From: Enterobacteria phage ATK47
Sequence record: NC_055708.1
DNA: 64,000 nt
Reading direction: 5' to 3' (one strand)
The notes beneath the pieces are model-generated. The model ran no database searches and was not told where the DNA came from. It saw only the letters and a program-made list of their open reading frames with translations. Every line of letters begins with the position of its first letter. Positions within the stretch are counted from its first letter, which is position 1. Made by a program: the position numbers and the translations under genes. Shown here in pieces: positions 38,280-48,730 of this stretch.

Positions 38280-38453
38280 ATGATGAACATCCCGACTTCT
38301 GAAAATTTCGATAAAATCCGTAAAGGCAAAGCAGAAAGAATGAGACGTTTTAAAGAGTCTTATGATAAAGCTAAAGCCGAAGGAACTATTACGTACAAGC
38401 CCATTCGATTTAAAAGTCCAAATGAGCCTCTGTACGGTGTACTATGTGGATAG
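38280..38453 (+). CDS. hypothetical small protein (57 aa, below ORF-track cutoff)
   Basis: translated by hand; followed by terminator. Confidence 0.3.
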   Translation: MMNIPTSENFDKIRKGKAERMRRFKESYDKAKAEGTITYKPIRFKSPNEPLYGVLCG

Positions 38454-38476
38454 GAACTCTTCGGAGTTCCTTTTTT
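38453..38476 (+). terminator. rho-independent terminator (ggaactc ttcg gagttcc TTTTTT)
   Basis: UUCG hairpin + T6. Confidence 0.6.
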
Positions 38477-38522
38477 GCTTTATAAACGGATGATAGAATG
38501 AATTAACTAATGAGGAAATAAT

Positions 38523-39542
38523 ATGAAAATTTTGCACTTAGGAGACTTCCATATCGGAGTCAAACAAGATGACCCATGGGTTCAAGATATTCAACGTGAT
38601 GGTATTCGTCAAGCAATTGAATACTCTAAGAAACACGGGATTAAAACTTGGATTCAGTACGGTGATTGGTTCGACGTCCGTAAAGCAATAACACATCGTA
38701 CAATGGAATTCAATCGTGAAATCGTTGATATGATTTCTAAAGCAGGCATTCACGTTCATGTCACGATAGGAAACCATGACATGGCGTTTAAGAATACAAT
38801 AACACCTAACACTGTTTCTGAATTGTTAACTCAATTTGAAAACTTTACTATTTACGAACATCCAACTACTGTAGATTTTGATGGATGTCTGATTGATATC
38901 GTTCCATGGATGTGTGAAGAAAATACAGGTGAAATCTTAGAGCATATCAAGACTTCTTCTGCTGCGTATTGTGTTGGGCACTGGGAACTGAATGGCTTTT
39001 ATTTCTATAAAGGAATGAAGTCTCATGGGCTTGAACCTGATTTCTTAAAGACCTATAAACAAGTCTGGTCCGGCCACTTCCACACAATCTCTGAAGCTGC
39101 TAACGTCAAATATATTGGGACACCATGGACCCTTACTGCAGGTGACGAGAACGACCCACGTGGATTCTGGGTATTTGACACTGATGTTGAACGTATGGAA
39201 TTTATTCCTAATGAAACGACATGGCATCGACGAATCACTTATCCATTTAAAGGCAAAATCAATTATTCTGATTATACTAATCTAGCCGTACGTGTTATAG
39301 TATCAGAAATTGATTCAGAGTTGACTAAGTTTGAATCTGAACTTGAAAAAGTAGTTCACTCTCTTCGTATGGTTTCTAAAGTTGATAACAGTGTTGAATC
39401 TGATGACGACCAGGAAATCGAGATTAAATCACTTCAAGATATCATTAAAGAATATATTGACGCGATTCCAGATATCTCAGACGAAGACAGAGAAGCGCTG
39501 GTCAAATATTCCAACGAACTTTATATTGAGGCAACACAATGA
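38523..39542 (+). CDS. 47: recombination nuclease subunit gp47 (Mre11/SbcD-like)
   Basis: phosphoesterase motifs LGDFHIG, GDWFD, GNHD; 339 aa as T4 gp47. Confidence 0.9.
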   Translation: MKILHLGDFHIGVKQDDPWVQDIQRDGIRQAIEYSKKHGIKTWIQYGDWFDVRKAITHRTMEFNREIVDMISKAGIHVHVTIGNHDMAFKNTITPNTVSELLTQFENFTIYEHPTTVDFDGCLIDIVPWMCEENTGEILEHIKTSSAAYCVGHWELNGFYFYKGMKSHGLEPDFLKTYKQVWSGHFHTISEAANVKYIGTPWTLTAGDENDPRGFWVFDTDVERMEFIPNETTWHRRITYPFKGKINYSDYTNLAVRVIVSEIDSELTKFESELEKVVHSLRMVSKVDNSVESDDDQEIEIKSLQDIIKEYIDAIPDISDEDREALVKYSNELYIEATQ

Positions 39543-39796
39543 CTTTAGATGAATTTAACAATGCTGGGCTTGGGCTTGAAGTTGAAATAGACGTTAAAGA
39601 TGATGATGGATTCGAGAACACTATCAAGTATTGGATTGAGCCATTACGCGTTGAAGGCAATGAAGTTAAAGCCGTTCATGTCTGTACCGACTGGGCTATT
39701 GAATTTAGCTTTAATATAATGGACAACGATACTCCTGGCTCTATTCTTAAAATGGCTGAAGCGTGTATTGAGGATGCGTATAATGACGAAGACTGA
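39539..39796 (+). CDS. hypothetical acidic protein
   Basis: 85 aa ORF between 47 and 46. Confidence 0.45.
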   Translation: MTLDEFNNAGLGLEVEIDVKDDDGFENTIKYWIEPLRVEGNEVKAVHVCTDWAIEFSFNIMDNDTPGSILKMAEACIEDAYNDED

Positions 39797-40022
39797 CTAT
39801 GAAATCCATCGTCACGAATTTAGTATTGGTGACGGTTATATTGGTATCGTTGAATGGACTGAGAATTACGAGGAATCAACTCCTCGTTTCTTTGGAACAA
39901 TGTATGTTACCTGTGAGTACGCACCAGGTGTTGTTATGTATGCAGAACTAGATGAATATTTTGCTGATAGGGATGACATGTTAAAATATGTAGAGGACTT
40001 CATTCGAAGAGAATACATATGA
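39780..40022 (+). CDS. hypothetical protein
   Basis: ORF from ATG at 39780. Confidence 0.4.
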   Translation: MMTKTDYEIHRHEFSIGDGYIGIVEWTENYEESTPRFFGTMYVTCEYAPGVVMYAELDEYFADRDDMLKYVEDFIRREYI

Positions 40023-41707
40023 AATCATTTAAATTAAATCGTGTTCGTTATCAAAACATCATGTCGGTAGGTGGGAATCCTATTGATATCCAATTAGATA
40101 AAGTCCAAAAGACATTAATCACTGGTAAAAATGGTGGTGGTAAATCTACGATGTTAGAAGCCATTACTTTCGGACTTTTCGGTAAACCATTTCGTGATGT
40201 TAAGAAAGGACAAATCATTAATAGCACGAACAAGAAAGAGCTCTTAGTTGAGCTTTGGATGGAATTCGATGATAAAAAATACTTCATTAAACGAGGCCAA
40301 AAGCCCAATATTTTCGAAATCTCCGTTGACGGTGTTCGTCTTGATGAATCTGCCAGCAGTCGTGACTTCCAAGAAGAATTTGAACGTAGCATCGGAATGT
40401 CATACGCGTCTTTTAAACAGATCGTTGTGCTTGGGACGGCAGGGTATACCCCTTTCATGGCTCTTAGCACCCCTGCTCGCAGAAAGCTTGTTGAAGACTT
40501 ATTAGAAGTTGGAACACTAGCTGAAATGGATAAAATCAATAAGTCTCAAGTTCGAGAACTTAATTCCCAGGGACAAGTTCTCGATGCCAAGAAAGATGGT
40601 ATTATCCAACAAATTAAGATTTATAACGAGAATATCGAACGTCAAAAGAAATTATCTGGCGATAATGTAGCGCGTCTACAGAATATGTATGACGACCTAG
40701 CCAAAGAAGCTCGTTCATTAAAAGCAGAAATTGAAGAAGCTAACGAGCGTCTACTTAATATCGTTCTTGACGAAGACCCTACTGAGGCATTCAACAAGAT
40801 CGGACAAGAAGCATTCTTGATTAAATCTAAAATTGACTCATATAACAAAGTTATTAAGATGTATCATGATGGCGGTACATGTCCTACTTGCGCATCACAG
40901 TTGCACCAGGGTGACCCTATTGTCTCTAAGATTACCGATAAGCTTCATGAATGTAATCACTCATTCGAGCAACTTACCTGCCACAGAGATAATCTGAGTG
41001 TCCTAGTGGACGAATATCGAGCTAATGTTAAGACTAAACAGGACCTTGCATCCGATATCCGTACCAAGAAACAAGCAATGATTGCCACTATTGATAAAGC
41101 TAAGAAAGTTAAAGCTGCAATAGAGCAAGCCTCGGCGGAATTTATCGACCATGCCGATGAGATAGCTTTGCTTCAAAAAGAACTTGATAAAATCATTAAA
41201 ACAAAATCAGATATCGTTCTTGAAAAATACCATCGTGGTATTATCACAGATATGTTAAAAGATTCTGGTATTAAAGGTGCTATCATTAAAAAATATGTGC
41301 CTCTGTTCAACAAGCAGATTAACCATTATCTTAAAATCATGGAAGCCGATTACGTGTTTTCTATTGATGAAGAATTCAATGAATCTATAAAATCACGTGG
41401 TCGTGAAGATTTTAGTTATGCTTCATTTAGTCAAGGTGAAAAGGCACGTATCGATATCGCATTGTTGTTTACATGGCGAGATATTGCTGAAAAGGTCTCT
41501 GGTGTTAGAATCAATACATTAATTATGGACGAAGTCATGGATTCCGCGACTGATTCTGAAGGTATTAAAGCTATTTCAACAATTCTTAACTCTCTAACCG
41601 ATGCAAACGTGTTTATAATTAGTCACAGAGACCATGACCCACAAGCTTATGGACAACATCTTCAGATGAGTAAAGTTGGACGATTTACTGTAATGTCTGT
41701 TTCATAA
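40019..41707 (+). CDS. 46: recombination nuclease ATPase subunit gp46 (Rad50/SbcC-like)
   Basis: Walker A GKNGGGKST, long coiled coil with Zn hook CPTC, C-terminal signature/Walker B LIMDEV; 562 aa. Confidence 0.9.
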   Translation: MKSFKLNRVRYQNIMSVGGNPIDIQLDKVQKTLITGKNGGGKSTMLEAITFGLFGKPFRDVKKGQIINSTNKKELLVELWMEFDDKKYFIKRGQKPNIFEISVDGVRLDESASSRDFQEEFERSIGMSYASFKQIVVLGTAGYTPFMALSTPARRKLVEDLLEVGTLAEMDKINKSQVRELNSQGQVLDAKKDGIIQQIKIYNENIERQKKLSGDNVARLQNMYDDLAKEARSLKAEIEEANERLLNIVLDEDPTEAFNKIGQEAFLIKSKIDSYNKVIKMYHDGGTCPTCASQLHQGDPIVSKITDKLHECNHSFEQLTCHRDNLSVLVDEYRANVKTKQDLASDIRTKKQAMIATIDKAKKVKAAIEQASAEFIDHADEIALLQKELDKIIKTKSDIVLEKYHRGIITDMLKDSGIKGAIIKKYVPLFNKQINHYLKIMEADYVFSIDEEFNESIKSRGREDFSYASFSQGEKARIDIALLFTWRDIAEKVSGVRINTLIMDEVMDSATDSEGIKAISTILNSLTDANVFIISHRDHDPQAYGQHLQMSKVGRFTVMSVS

Positions 41708-41748
41708 ACGCTTTAACACGATGTGGTTATAATGACCACATCAAATTA
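41708..41748 (+). promoter_or_regulatory. middle-type promoter (GCTTTA box, TATAAT inside palindrome gatgtggt/accacatc)
   Basis: motifs read directly. Confidence 0.45.
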
Positions 41749-41761
41749 AATGGAGAACAAC

Positions 41762-41950
41762 ATGGAGTATTCAACCGGTCAACATCTTCTCGTTGTCCCT
41801 GAAATTAAAAAATATGTTTTGACCAATACGTTTTCAGGTGAAGAACATATTGTTACTGAACAAATGCTCAAATCTGCTTTTAAAGATGAGTATAATAAAA
41901 TAATGTCTAATCGCAATTCCGCATGGACAGTTACTGACTTCTACGAATAA
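41762..41950 (+). CDS. hypothetical protein
   Basis: ORF from ATG at 41762 after SD GGAG. Confidence 0.4.
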   Translation: MEYSTGQHLLVVPEIKKYVLTNTFSGEEHIVTEQMLKSAFKDEYNKIMSNRNSAWTVTDFYE

Positions 41951-41962
41951 GAGAGAAATAAT

Positions 41963-42379
41963 ATGTTTACTACTGCTAAAGGTTTCACTGCTGCTGATCT
42001 GAAAGTTACTTCTATCCGTACTGACGCTAACCCACATAACCATAATCGTGTTCGTAAAGCATGGGTCCTGCATTGTGATGACGCAAGTGCTAAAAAGCTT
42101 CAATCTTTGCCACAAGAAACTCGTTTTATGATTTATGGTTTTATTGATAACGATGTATCTGATATGTGGATTCATCTGATGCGTAAGCACTATAAAGATT
42201 CTATTGAAGCTGGTGGAAAAATCGTTCTTGATAAAGATGGTTCTGAGCGTCTGGAAGATTTCTACTGTGTTGATGCCGACGAACAATTAATTGCAGCCGG
42301 CGAAATTGTTGCTTCTAAAATTCCAGAATATATTGAATCGCTGCCTGAAGCTATTAAAAAGCAGATGGTTGCTGCGTAA
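41963..42379 (+). CDS. hypothetical protein at T4 rpbA position
   Basis: 138 aa ORF between 46 and 45; synteny only. Confidence 0.45.
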   Translation: MFTTAKGFTAADLKVTSIRTDANPHNHNRVRKAWVLHCDDASAKKLQSLPQETRFMIYGFIDNDVSDMWIHLMRKHYKDSIEAGGKIVLDKDGSERLEDFYCVDADEQLIAAGEIVASKIPEYIESLPEAIKKQMVAA

Positions 42380-42419
42380 TAAATTTGTTATACTTTGAAT
42401 TGTCTTGAAAGGAAATAAA

Positions 42420-43106
42420 ATGAAACTGTCTAAAGATACTATCGCTATTCTGAAAAACTTTGCCTCTATTAACTCCGGTATTCTGCTGAGTCAAGGTAAA
42501 TTTATTATGACCCGTGCAGTTAATGGCACCACTTATGCGGAAGCAAATATCTCTGATGAAATTGATTTTGACGTAGCACTTTATGATTTGAATAGCTTCT
42601 TAAGCATTTTGAGTCTAGTGTCTGATGATGCTGAAATTTCAATGCACACTGATGGCAATATTAAAATTGCAGATACACGTTCCACAGTTTATTGGCCTGC
42701 TGCCGACAAGAGCACCATTGTTTTTCCTAATAAGCCAATTCAATTCCCAGTGGCTTCTGTGATTACTGAAATTAAAGCTGAAGACCTTCAACAATTGCTT
42801 CGAGTTTCACGTGGTCTCCAGATTGATACAATTGCTATTACAAATAAAGATGGTAAAATTGTTATCAATGGTTACAATAAAGTTGAAGATTCTGGCTTGA
42901 CTCGTCCTAAGTATTCTTTGACTCTTACCGATTATGATGGTTCTAACAACTTTAACTTCGTAATCAATATGGCTAATATGAAAATCCAGCCAGGTAACTA
43001 TAAAGTAATGTTGTGGGGAGCTGGTGATAAAGTTGCAGCCAAGTTTGAAAGCTCTCAAGTAAGTTATGTTATTGCAATGGAAGCCGATTCTACTCACGAC
43101 TTCTAA
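42420..43106 (+). CDS. 45: sliding clamp gp45
   Basis: 228 aa; MKLSKDTIAILKNFASINSGILL...; synteny with 44/62. Confidence 0.9.
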   Translation: MKLSKDTIAILKNFASINSGILLSQGKFIMTRAVNGTTYAEANISDEIDFDVALYDLNSFLSILSLVSDDAEISMHTDGNIKIADTRSTVYWPAADKSTIVFPNKPIQFPVASVITEIKAEDLQQLLRVSRGLQIDTIAITNKDGKIVINGYNKVEDSGLTRPKYSLTLTDYDGSNNFNFVINMANMKIQPGNYKVMLWGAGDKVAAKFESSQVSYVIAMEADSTHDF

Positions 43107-43181
43107 GTCAAAGCTTTACGTTTAATGTAGTACGATTATGGAGGAGAAATCCTCCAGATTAATGATAATGAGGAAAATTAC

Positions 43182-44144
43182 ATGATTACTATCAATTCCA
43201 AAGAACACATTCTAGAACAGAAATATCGTCCTTCTTCCATCGACGAATGTATTCTGCCTGCGTATGACCATGAAACATTCAAGTCTTTAGTATCTAAAGG
43301 AAAACTTCCTCATATTATTTTGCACTCTCCTTCTCCTGGTACAGGTAAAACAACCGTAGCAAAAGCATTATGTAATGATATCAATGCCGAAATGATGTTC
43401 GTCAACGGTTCTGATTGTAAGATTGATTTTGTGCGTGGTCCGTTAACTGCATTCGCTCGTTCAGTCTCAATGGAAGGCAAGCCTAAAGTTATTGTTATTG
43501 ATGAATTTGACCGTAGTGGCCTCGCCGAATCACAACGTCACCTTCGTACGTTTATGGAAGAATTCTCTAGTAACTGCTCTATTATTATCACTGCTAACAA
43601 TATTGATGGAATTATTGAACCATTACGTAGTCGTTGTCGAGTTATCGAATTCGGTCGTCCGACTGAAGAAGATAAAATCTCGATGATGAAGAAAATGATT
43701 CATCGTATGGTTGAAATCTGTAAGAACGAAAATATCGAAATCGCTGATATGAAAGTTGTTGCAGCTCTGGTTAAAAAGAACTTCCCAGACTTTCGTCGTA
43801 CAATTGGCCAATTAGACCAGTACTCGTCTAAAGGTGTTCTTGATGCAGGTATTCTGTCTATCGTAACTAATGACCGTGGCACAGTCTCTGATGTTATCGA
43901 AGCAATGAAGAACAAAGATATCAAACAACTTCGTGCATTAGCTCCAAAATATGCTGCAGATTATTCATGGTTCATCGATAAATTAGTTTCAGAATGTTAC
44001 GACCAAGTTGCACCTGGTAAAAGTATTATTTCGCTTTACGAAATTGCAGGCGAAAATAATAAGTTTCATGGACTAGCAAGTAATATTGAATTACATGTTA
44101 TGTATATGCTTCTTCAACTGACCTGTGAACTGACTTGGAAATAA
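43182..44144 (+). CDS. 44: clamp loader large subunit gp44 (AAA+)
   Basis: Walker [10 protein letters not shown], Walker [12 protein letters not shown]-like motif. Confidence 0.9.
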   Translation: MITINSKEHILEQKYRPSSIDECILPAYDHETFKSLVSKGKLPHIILHSPSPGTGKTTVAKALCNDINAEMMFVNGSDCKIDFVRGPLTAFARSVSMEGKPKVIVIDEFDRSGLAESQRHLRTFMEEFSSNCSIIITANNIDGIIEPLRSRCRVIEFGRPTEEDKISMMKKMIHRMVEICKNENIEIADMKVVAALVKKNFPDFRRTIGQLDQYSSKGVLDAGILSIVTNDRGTVSDVIEAMKNKDIKQLRALAPKYAADYSWFIDKLVSECYDQVAPGKSIISLYEIAGENNKFHGLASNIELHVMYMLLQLTCELTWK

Positions 44145-44145
44145 T

Positions 44146-44709
44146 ATGAACTTATTCGATGATGACGTCCAGCTTAACGAGCACCAAATTGCATGGAAGT
44201 CTAATGACGCTGATGCGATTCAAAAATGTGCTGATATGTTTAAAGAAAAACCTGAGAATGAATTCTTTAAAATCATTAATGCTATTAATGAAAAGAAATC
44301 TATGTCAATTGCTCAGGTCGACTACTCAAAATTTATGGTTGAGAACTCATTATCCCAGTTCCCAGAATGTATGCCAGCCGTTTACATGATGAACTTAGTC
44401 GGTTCTGAATTAAGTGATGAAGCGCACTTCAACTATATGATGGCGGCAATTCCACGTGGTCGTCGATTCTCTAAATGGGCTAAACTAGTCGAAGACACTT
44501 CAGAGTTACTAGTTATCAAACTGTTGATGAAACATTACACAATCAACATGAACGATGCTACCGAGTATAAGCGGCTCCTTGAAAAAAATAACAAGTTGCC
44601 AATAGTCCTTAAAGAACTGAAGGCCATGGTCACTGATGAATTTCTCAAAGAAGTTACTAAAAACGTAAAAGAACAAAAACAATTTAAAAAATTAGCATTG
44701 GAATGGTAA
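44146..44709 (+). CDS. 62: clamp loader small subunit gp62
   Basis: 187 aa immediately after gp44; synteny. Confidence 0.8.
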   Translation: MNLFDDDVQLNEHQIAWKSNDADAIQKCADMFKEKPENEFFKIINAINEKKSMSIAQVDYSKFMVENSLSQFPECMPAVYMMNLVGSELSDEAHFNYMMAAIPRGRRFSKWAKLVEDTSELLVIKLLMKHYTINMNDATEYKRLLEKNNKLPIVLKELKAMVTDEFLKEVTKNVKEQKQFKKLALEW

Positions 44710-44711
44710 AA

Positions 44712-45080
44712 ATGATTGAAATTAAATTGAAGAACCCTGAAGATTTTCTTAAAGTCAAAGAGACTTTGACCCGTATGGGCATCGCTAATAACAAAGATAA
44801 AGTCCTTTACCAGTCTTGTCATATCCTCCAAAAGCAAGGTAAGTACTATATTGTCCACTTTAAAGAAATGTTGCGTATGGACGGACGTCAGGTTGATATT
44901 GATGGTGAAGACTATCAGCGACGTGATTCGATTGCTCAGTTGCTTGAAGACTGGGGATTGATTGTTATTGAAGACTCTGCTCGTGAAGATCTGTTTGGCC
45001 TGACTAATAACTTCCGTGTTATCTCTTTTAAACAGAAAGATGACTGGACTTTGAAAGCAAAATATACAATTGGTAATTAA
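44712..45080 (+). CDS. regA: translational repressor RegA
   Basis: MIEIKLKNPEDFLKVKETLTRMGIANNKDKVLYQSCHILQK; near-identical to remembered T4 RegA; 122 aa. Confidence 0.9.
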   Translation: MIEIKLKNPEDFLKVKETLTRMGIANNKDKVLYQSCHILQKQGKYYIVHFKEMLRMDGRQVDIDGEDYQRRDSIAQLLEDWGLIVIEDSAREDLFGLTNNFRVISFKQKDDWTLKAKYTIGN

Positions 45081-45085
45081 AGCAA

Positions 45086-45104
45086 TGGGACTTCGGTCCC
45101 ATTT
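45086..45104 (+). terminator. hairpin tgggac ttcg gtccca + TTT (terminator/operator before gene 43)
   Basis: UUCG hairpin. Confidence 0.5.
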
Positions 45105-45161
45105 GGAGTATAATAAGTTCATCAACAAACAAAAGACAATAACTCGTCTAAAGGAAATTAA

Positions 45162-47873
45162 ATGAAAGAATTTTACTTAACGGTTGAACAGATTGGTGAT
45201 TCAATTTTTGAACGTTACATCGATTCTAATGGCCGTGAACGTACTCGTGAAGTAGAATATAAACCATCACTGTTTGCTCATTGTCCAGAAAGTCAGGCTA
45301 CTAAATATTTCGATATCTACGGTAAACCTTGTACTCGTAAGTTGTTCGCTAATATGCGTGATGCCTCCCAATGGATTAAACGCATGGAAGATATCGGACT
45401 TGAAGCACTTGGCATGGACGATTTCAAATTGGCGTATTTGTCTGACACTTATAACTATGAAATCAAATATGACCATACAAAAATTCGTGTGGCTAACTTC
45501 GACATCGAAGTAACATCCCCGGATGGGTTCCCTGAGCCGTCACAAGCAAAACATCCGATTGATGCTATCACCCATTATGACTCAATTGACGACAGGTTCT
45601 ACGTATTTGATCTATTGAATTCTCCATATGGCAATGTAGAAGAATGGTCTATCGAAATTGCGGCTAAGCTTCAAGAACAAGGTGGTGATGAAGTTCCATC
45701 TGAAATTATCGATAAAATCATTTATATGCCGTTTGATAATGAAAAAGAATTATTGATGGAATATCTCAACTTCTGGCAACAGAAAACTCCTGTCATTTTG
45801 ACTGGATGGAACGTTGAGTCATTTGATATTCCATATGTGTATAATCGAATCAAGAATATTTTTGGTGAATCCACAGCAAAACGGTTGTCGCCACATCGTA
45901 AAACTCGTGTTAAAGTTATCGAAAACATGTATGGTTCTCGTGAAATCATTACATTGTTCGGTATCTCTGTTCTTGATTACATTGACCTTTACAAAAAATT
46001 CTCTTTCACAAACCAACCGTCGTATTCTCTGGATTACATTTCAGAATTTGAATTGAACGTTGGTAAACTGAAATATGACGGCCCTATTTCTAAGCTTCGT
46101 GAAAGCAATCACCAACGATATATTTCTTATAACATTATCGACGTATATCGTGTATTGCAAATTGATGCTAAACGCCAGTTCATTAACTTGAGCTTGGACA
46201 TGGGTTATTATGCTAAGATACAGATTCAATCTGTGTTTAGCCCAATTAAAACATGGGATGCTATTATTTTTAATAGCCTTAAAGAGCAGAACAAGGTGAT
46301 TCCACAAGGTCGTTCTCACCCGGTTCAACCTTATCCTGGCGCTTTTGTTAAGGAACCTATTCCAAATCGATACAAATATGTAATGAGTTTCGACCTTACA
46401 TCTCTGTATCCAAGTATTATTCGCCAAGTGAATATTAGCCCAGAAACAATAGCAGGAACGTTTAAAGTAGCTCCATTGCATGATTATATTAACGCAATCG
46501 CTGAACGTCCTTCAGATGTGTACAGTTGCTCTCCTAACGGCATGATGTATTATAAAGACCGTGACGGTGTAGTTCCAACTGAAATCACTAAGGTCTTTAA
46601 TCAACGTAAAGAACATAAAGGTTATATGCTTGCGGCTCAACGTAATGGTGAAATAATTAAAGAGGCGTTGCATAATCCTAATCTTTCTGTTGACGAACCA
46701 TTAGATGTTGATTATCGTTTCGACTTCACTGACGAGATTAAAGAAAAGATTAAAAAGTTGTCTGCTAAATCTCTTAATGAAATGTTGTTTAGAGCTCAAC
46801 GTACTGAAGTTGCAGGTATGACTGCACAAATTAACCGTAAATTGCTTATCAACTCGCTTTATGGTGCACTTGGTAACGTATGGTTCCGTTATTACGATTT
46901 GCGTAATGCTACTGCAATCACAACATTCGGGCAAATGGCTTTACAGTGGATTGAACGTAAAGTTAATGAATATCTGAATGAAGTTTGTGGTACAGAAGGT
47001 GAAGCTTTCGTTCTTTATGGTGATACAGACTCTATTTACGTATCTGCTGATAAAATTATCGATAAGGTTGGTGAATCTAAATTCCGTGATACCAACCATT
47101 GGGTAGACTTCTTAGATAAGTTTGCACGTGAACGTATGGAACCAGCTATTGATAAAGGTTTCCGTGAAATGTGTGAATACATGAACAATAAACAACACTT
47201 AATGTTCATGGACCGAGAAGCTATCGCTGGTCCTCCGCTCGGTTCTAAAGGTATTGGTGGATTCTGGACCGGTAAGAAACGTTATGCATTAAACGTGTGG
47301 GATATGGAAGGAACTAGATACGCTGAGCCTAAACTCAAAATCATGGGTCTCGAAACACAGAAATCTTCGACCCCTAAAGCAGTACAGAAAGCTCTTAAAG
47401 AATGTATTCGTCGTATGCTTCAAGAAGGTGAAGAATCATTACAAGAATATTTTAAAGAGTTTGAAAAAGAATTCCGTCAATTGAATTATATTAGCATCGC
47501 GTCAGTATCTTCTGCGAATAACATTGCTAAATATGACGTTGGTGGATTCCCTGGTCCTAAATGCCCGTTCCATATTCGTGGAATTCTGACATATAACAGA
47601 GCTATCAAAGGTAATATTGATGCTCCACAAGTTGTAGAAGGTGAAAAAGTATATGTTCTGCCTTTACGTGAAGGAAACCCATTCGGTGATAAATGTATCG
47701 CATGGCCTTCTGGTACTGAAATCACAGATTTAATTAAAGACGACGTACTTCATTGGATGGACTACACTGTTCTCCTTGAGAAGACATTTATTAAACCACT
47801 TGAAGGATTCACATCAGCAGCGAAACTCGATTACGAGAAGAAAGCATCTCTGTTCGATATGTTCGATTTTTGA
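45162..47873 (+). CDS. 43: DNA polymerase gp43 (family B, with 3'-5' exonuclease)
   Basis: 903 aa; exo motif FDIEV; polymerase motifs SLYPSII, YGDTDS. Confidence 0.95.
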   Translation: MKEFYLTVEQIGDSIFERYIDSNGRERTREVEYKPSLFAHCPESQATKYFDIYGKPCTRKLFANMRDASQWIKRMEDIGLEALGMDDFKLAYLSDTYNYEIKYDHTKIRVANFDIEVTSPDGFPEPSQAKHPIDAITHYDSIDDRFYVFDLLNSPYGNVEEWSIEIAAKLQEQGGDEVPSEIIDKIIYMPFDNEKELLMEYLNFWQQKTPVILTGWNVESFDIPYVYNRIKNIFGESTAKRLSPHRKTRVKVIENMYGSREIITLFGISVLDYIDLYKKFSFTNQPSYSLDYISEFELNVGKLKYDGPISKLRESNHQRYISYNIIDVYRVLQIDAKRQFINLSLDMGYYAKIQIQSVFSPIKTWDAIIFNSLKEQNKVIPQGRSHPVQPYPGAFVKEPIPNRYKYVMSFDLTSLYPSIIRQVNISPETIAGTFKVAPLHDYINAIAERPSDVYSCSPNGMMYYKDRDGVVPTEITKVFNQRKEHKGYMLAAQRNGEIIKEALHNPNLSVDEPLDVDYRFDFTDEIKEKIKKLSAKSLNEMLFRAQRTEVAGMTAQINRKLLINSLYGALGNVWFRYYDLRNATAITTFGQMALQWIERKVNEYLNEVCGTEGEAFVLYGDTDSIYVSADKIIDKVGESKFRDTNHWVDFLDKFARERMEPAIDKGFREMCEYMNNKQHLMFMDREAIAGPPLGSKGIGGFWTGKKRYALNVWDMEGTRYAEPKLKIMGLETQKSSTPKAVQKALKECIRRMLQEGEESLQEYFKEFEKEFRQLNYISIASVSSANNIAKYDVGGFPGPKCPFHIRGILTYNRAIKGNIDAPQVVEGEKVYVLPLREGNPFGDKCIAWPSGTEITDLIKDDVLHWMDYTVLLEKTFIKPLEGFTSAAKLDYEKKASLFDMFDF

Positions 47874-47913
47874 TATAATGCCATGGACGGTAAACTAATT
47901 AAATGAGAGAAAT

Positions 47914-48549
47914 ATGAAAACTACACCAATCACTATCGCTATTGACGCAATCGTAAAACAAGCTTCTTCTTTGGCTACTATGGCCAAAGTAATTAGTCAA
48001 AACCCTGCTCGTTATAATGCTATTCTAGAAACTCTTCGACGCCCAGGACTTAGTAATTATGAAAGCCGAGTAATTATTACAGGTGTTGGTAAGAATGCTA
48101 ATATTGCAACTAAAGCTTCTGAGACATTTGCTTCACTCGGTATCCCAAGTATGTACTTGAACACCGGGCATTATTCTCACGGTGATGCAGGATTCATTGC
48201 GCCTAATGATGTGTTGATTCATATTAGTCGTTCTGGTAAGACTGAAGAAATGATAGGTGTTGCTAAACATCTTCGTATGATTCGTCCTCAGGTTAAACAG
48301 ATTCTGTTACATTGTAACCCTGACATTCCACAAGAATACGAAGCTCTTTTTGATTATACGTTCTGTACCGGTATCGCGGTAGAAGTTGACGAGAACTCTT
48401 TAGCTCCGACAATGTCCACTACATTGTTGTTAGCGCTTATCGATACGTTCGCTATCAACCTTTCGTCTGAACGCGGATTTACCTCTAATGACTTCCTTAA
48501 GTTCCACCCTGGTGGTGCACTAGGTGCCATGTTACGAGGCGAGCAATGA
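47914..48549 (+). CDS. SIS-domain sugar-phosphate isomerase (KdsD/GutQ arabinose-5-phosphate isomerase-like, no CBS domains)
   Basis: ITGVGKNANIATK, HGDAGFI, ISRSGKTEE, LAPTMSTT and FHPGGALG match SIS-domain isomerase motifs. Confidence 0.7.
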   Translation: MKTTPITIAIDAIVKQASSLATMAKVISQNPARYNAILETLRRPGLSNYESRVIITGVGKNANIATKASETFASLGIPSMYLNTGHYSHGDAGFIAPNDVLIHISRSGKTEEMIGVAKHLRMIRPQVKQILLHCNPDIPQEYEALFDYTFCTGIAVEVDENSLAPTMSTTLLLALIDTFAINLSSERGFTSNDFLKFHPGGALGAMLRGEQ

Positions 48550-48689
48550 AAGCAATAACAATAGGACTTTTACTATTGATGCTTGTCATGACTATCTACT
48601 GGAGCTTAACGGCTCCAGTAATGATTCCGACTCTTATAATCGGATGGATTATGATTGGACTACAAGCAAAGTATGAATGCTTTAACTAG
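48546..48689 (+). CDS. small hydrophobic protein (47 aa, below ORF-track cutoff)
   Basis: translated by hand; ATGA overlap with upstream stop. Confidence 0.3.
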   Translation: MKAITIGLLLLMLVMTIYWSLTAPVMIPTLIIGWIMIGLQAKYECFN

Positions 48690-48730
48690 AATAGTGTACA
48701 ATACACCTACTTACCAATGAGGACCACAAC

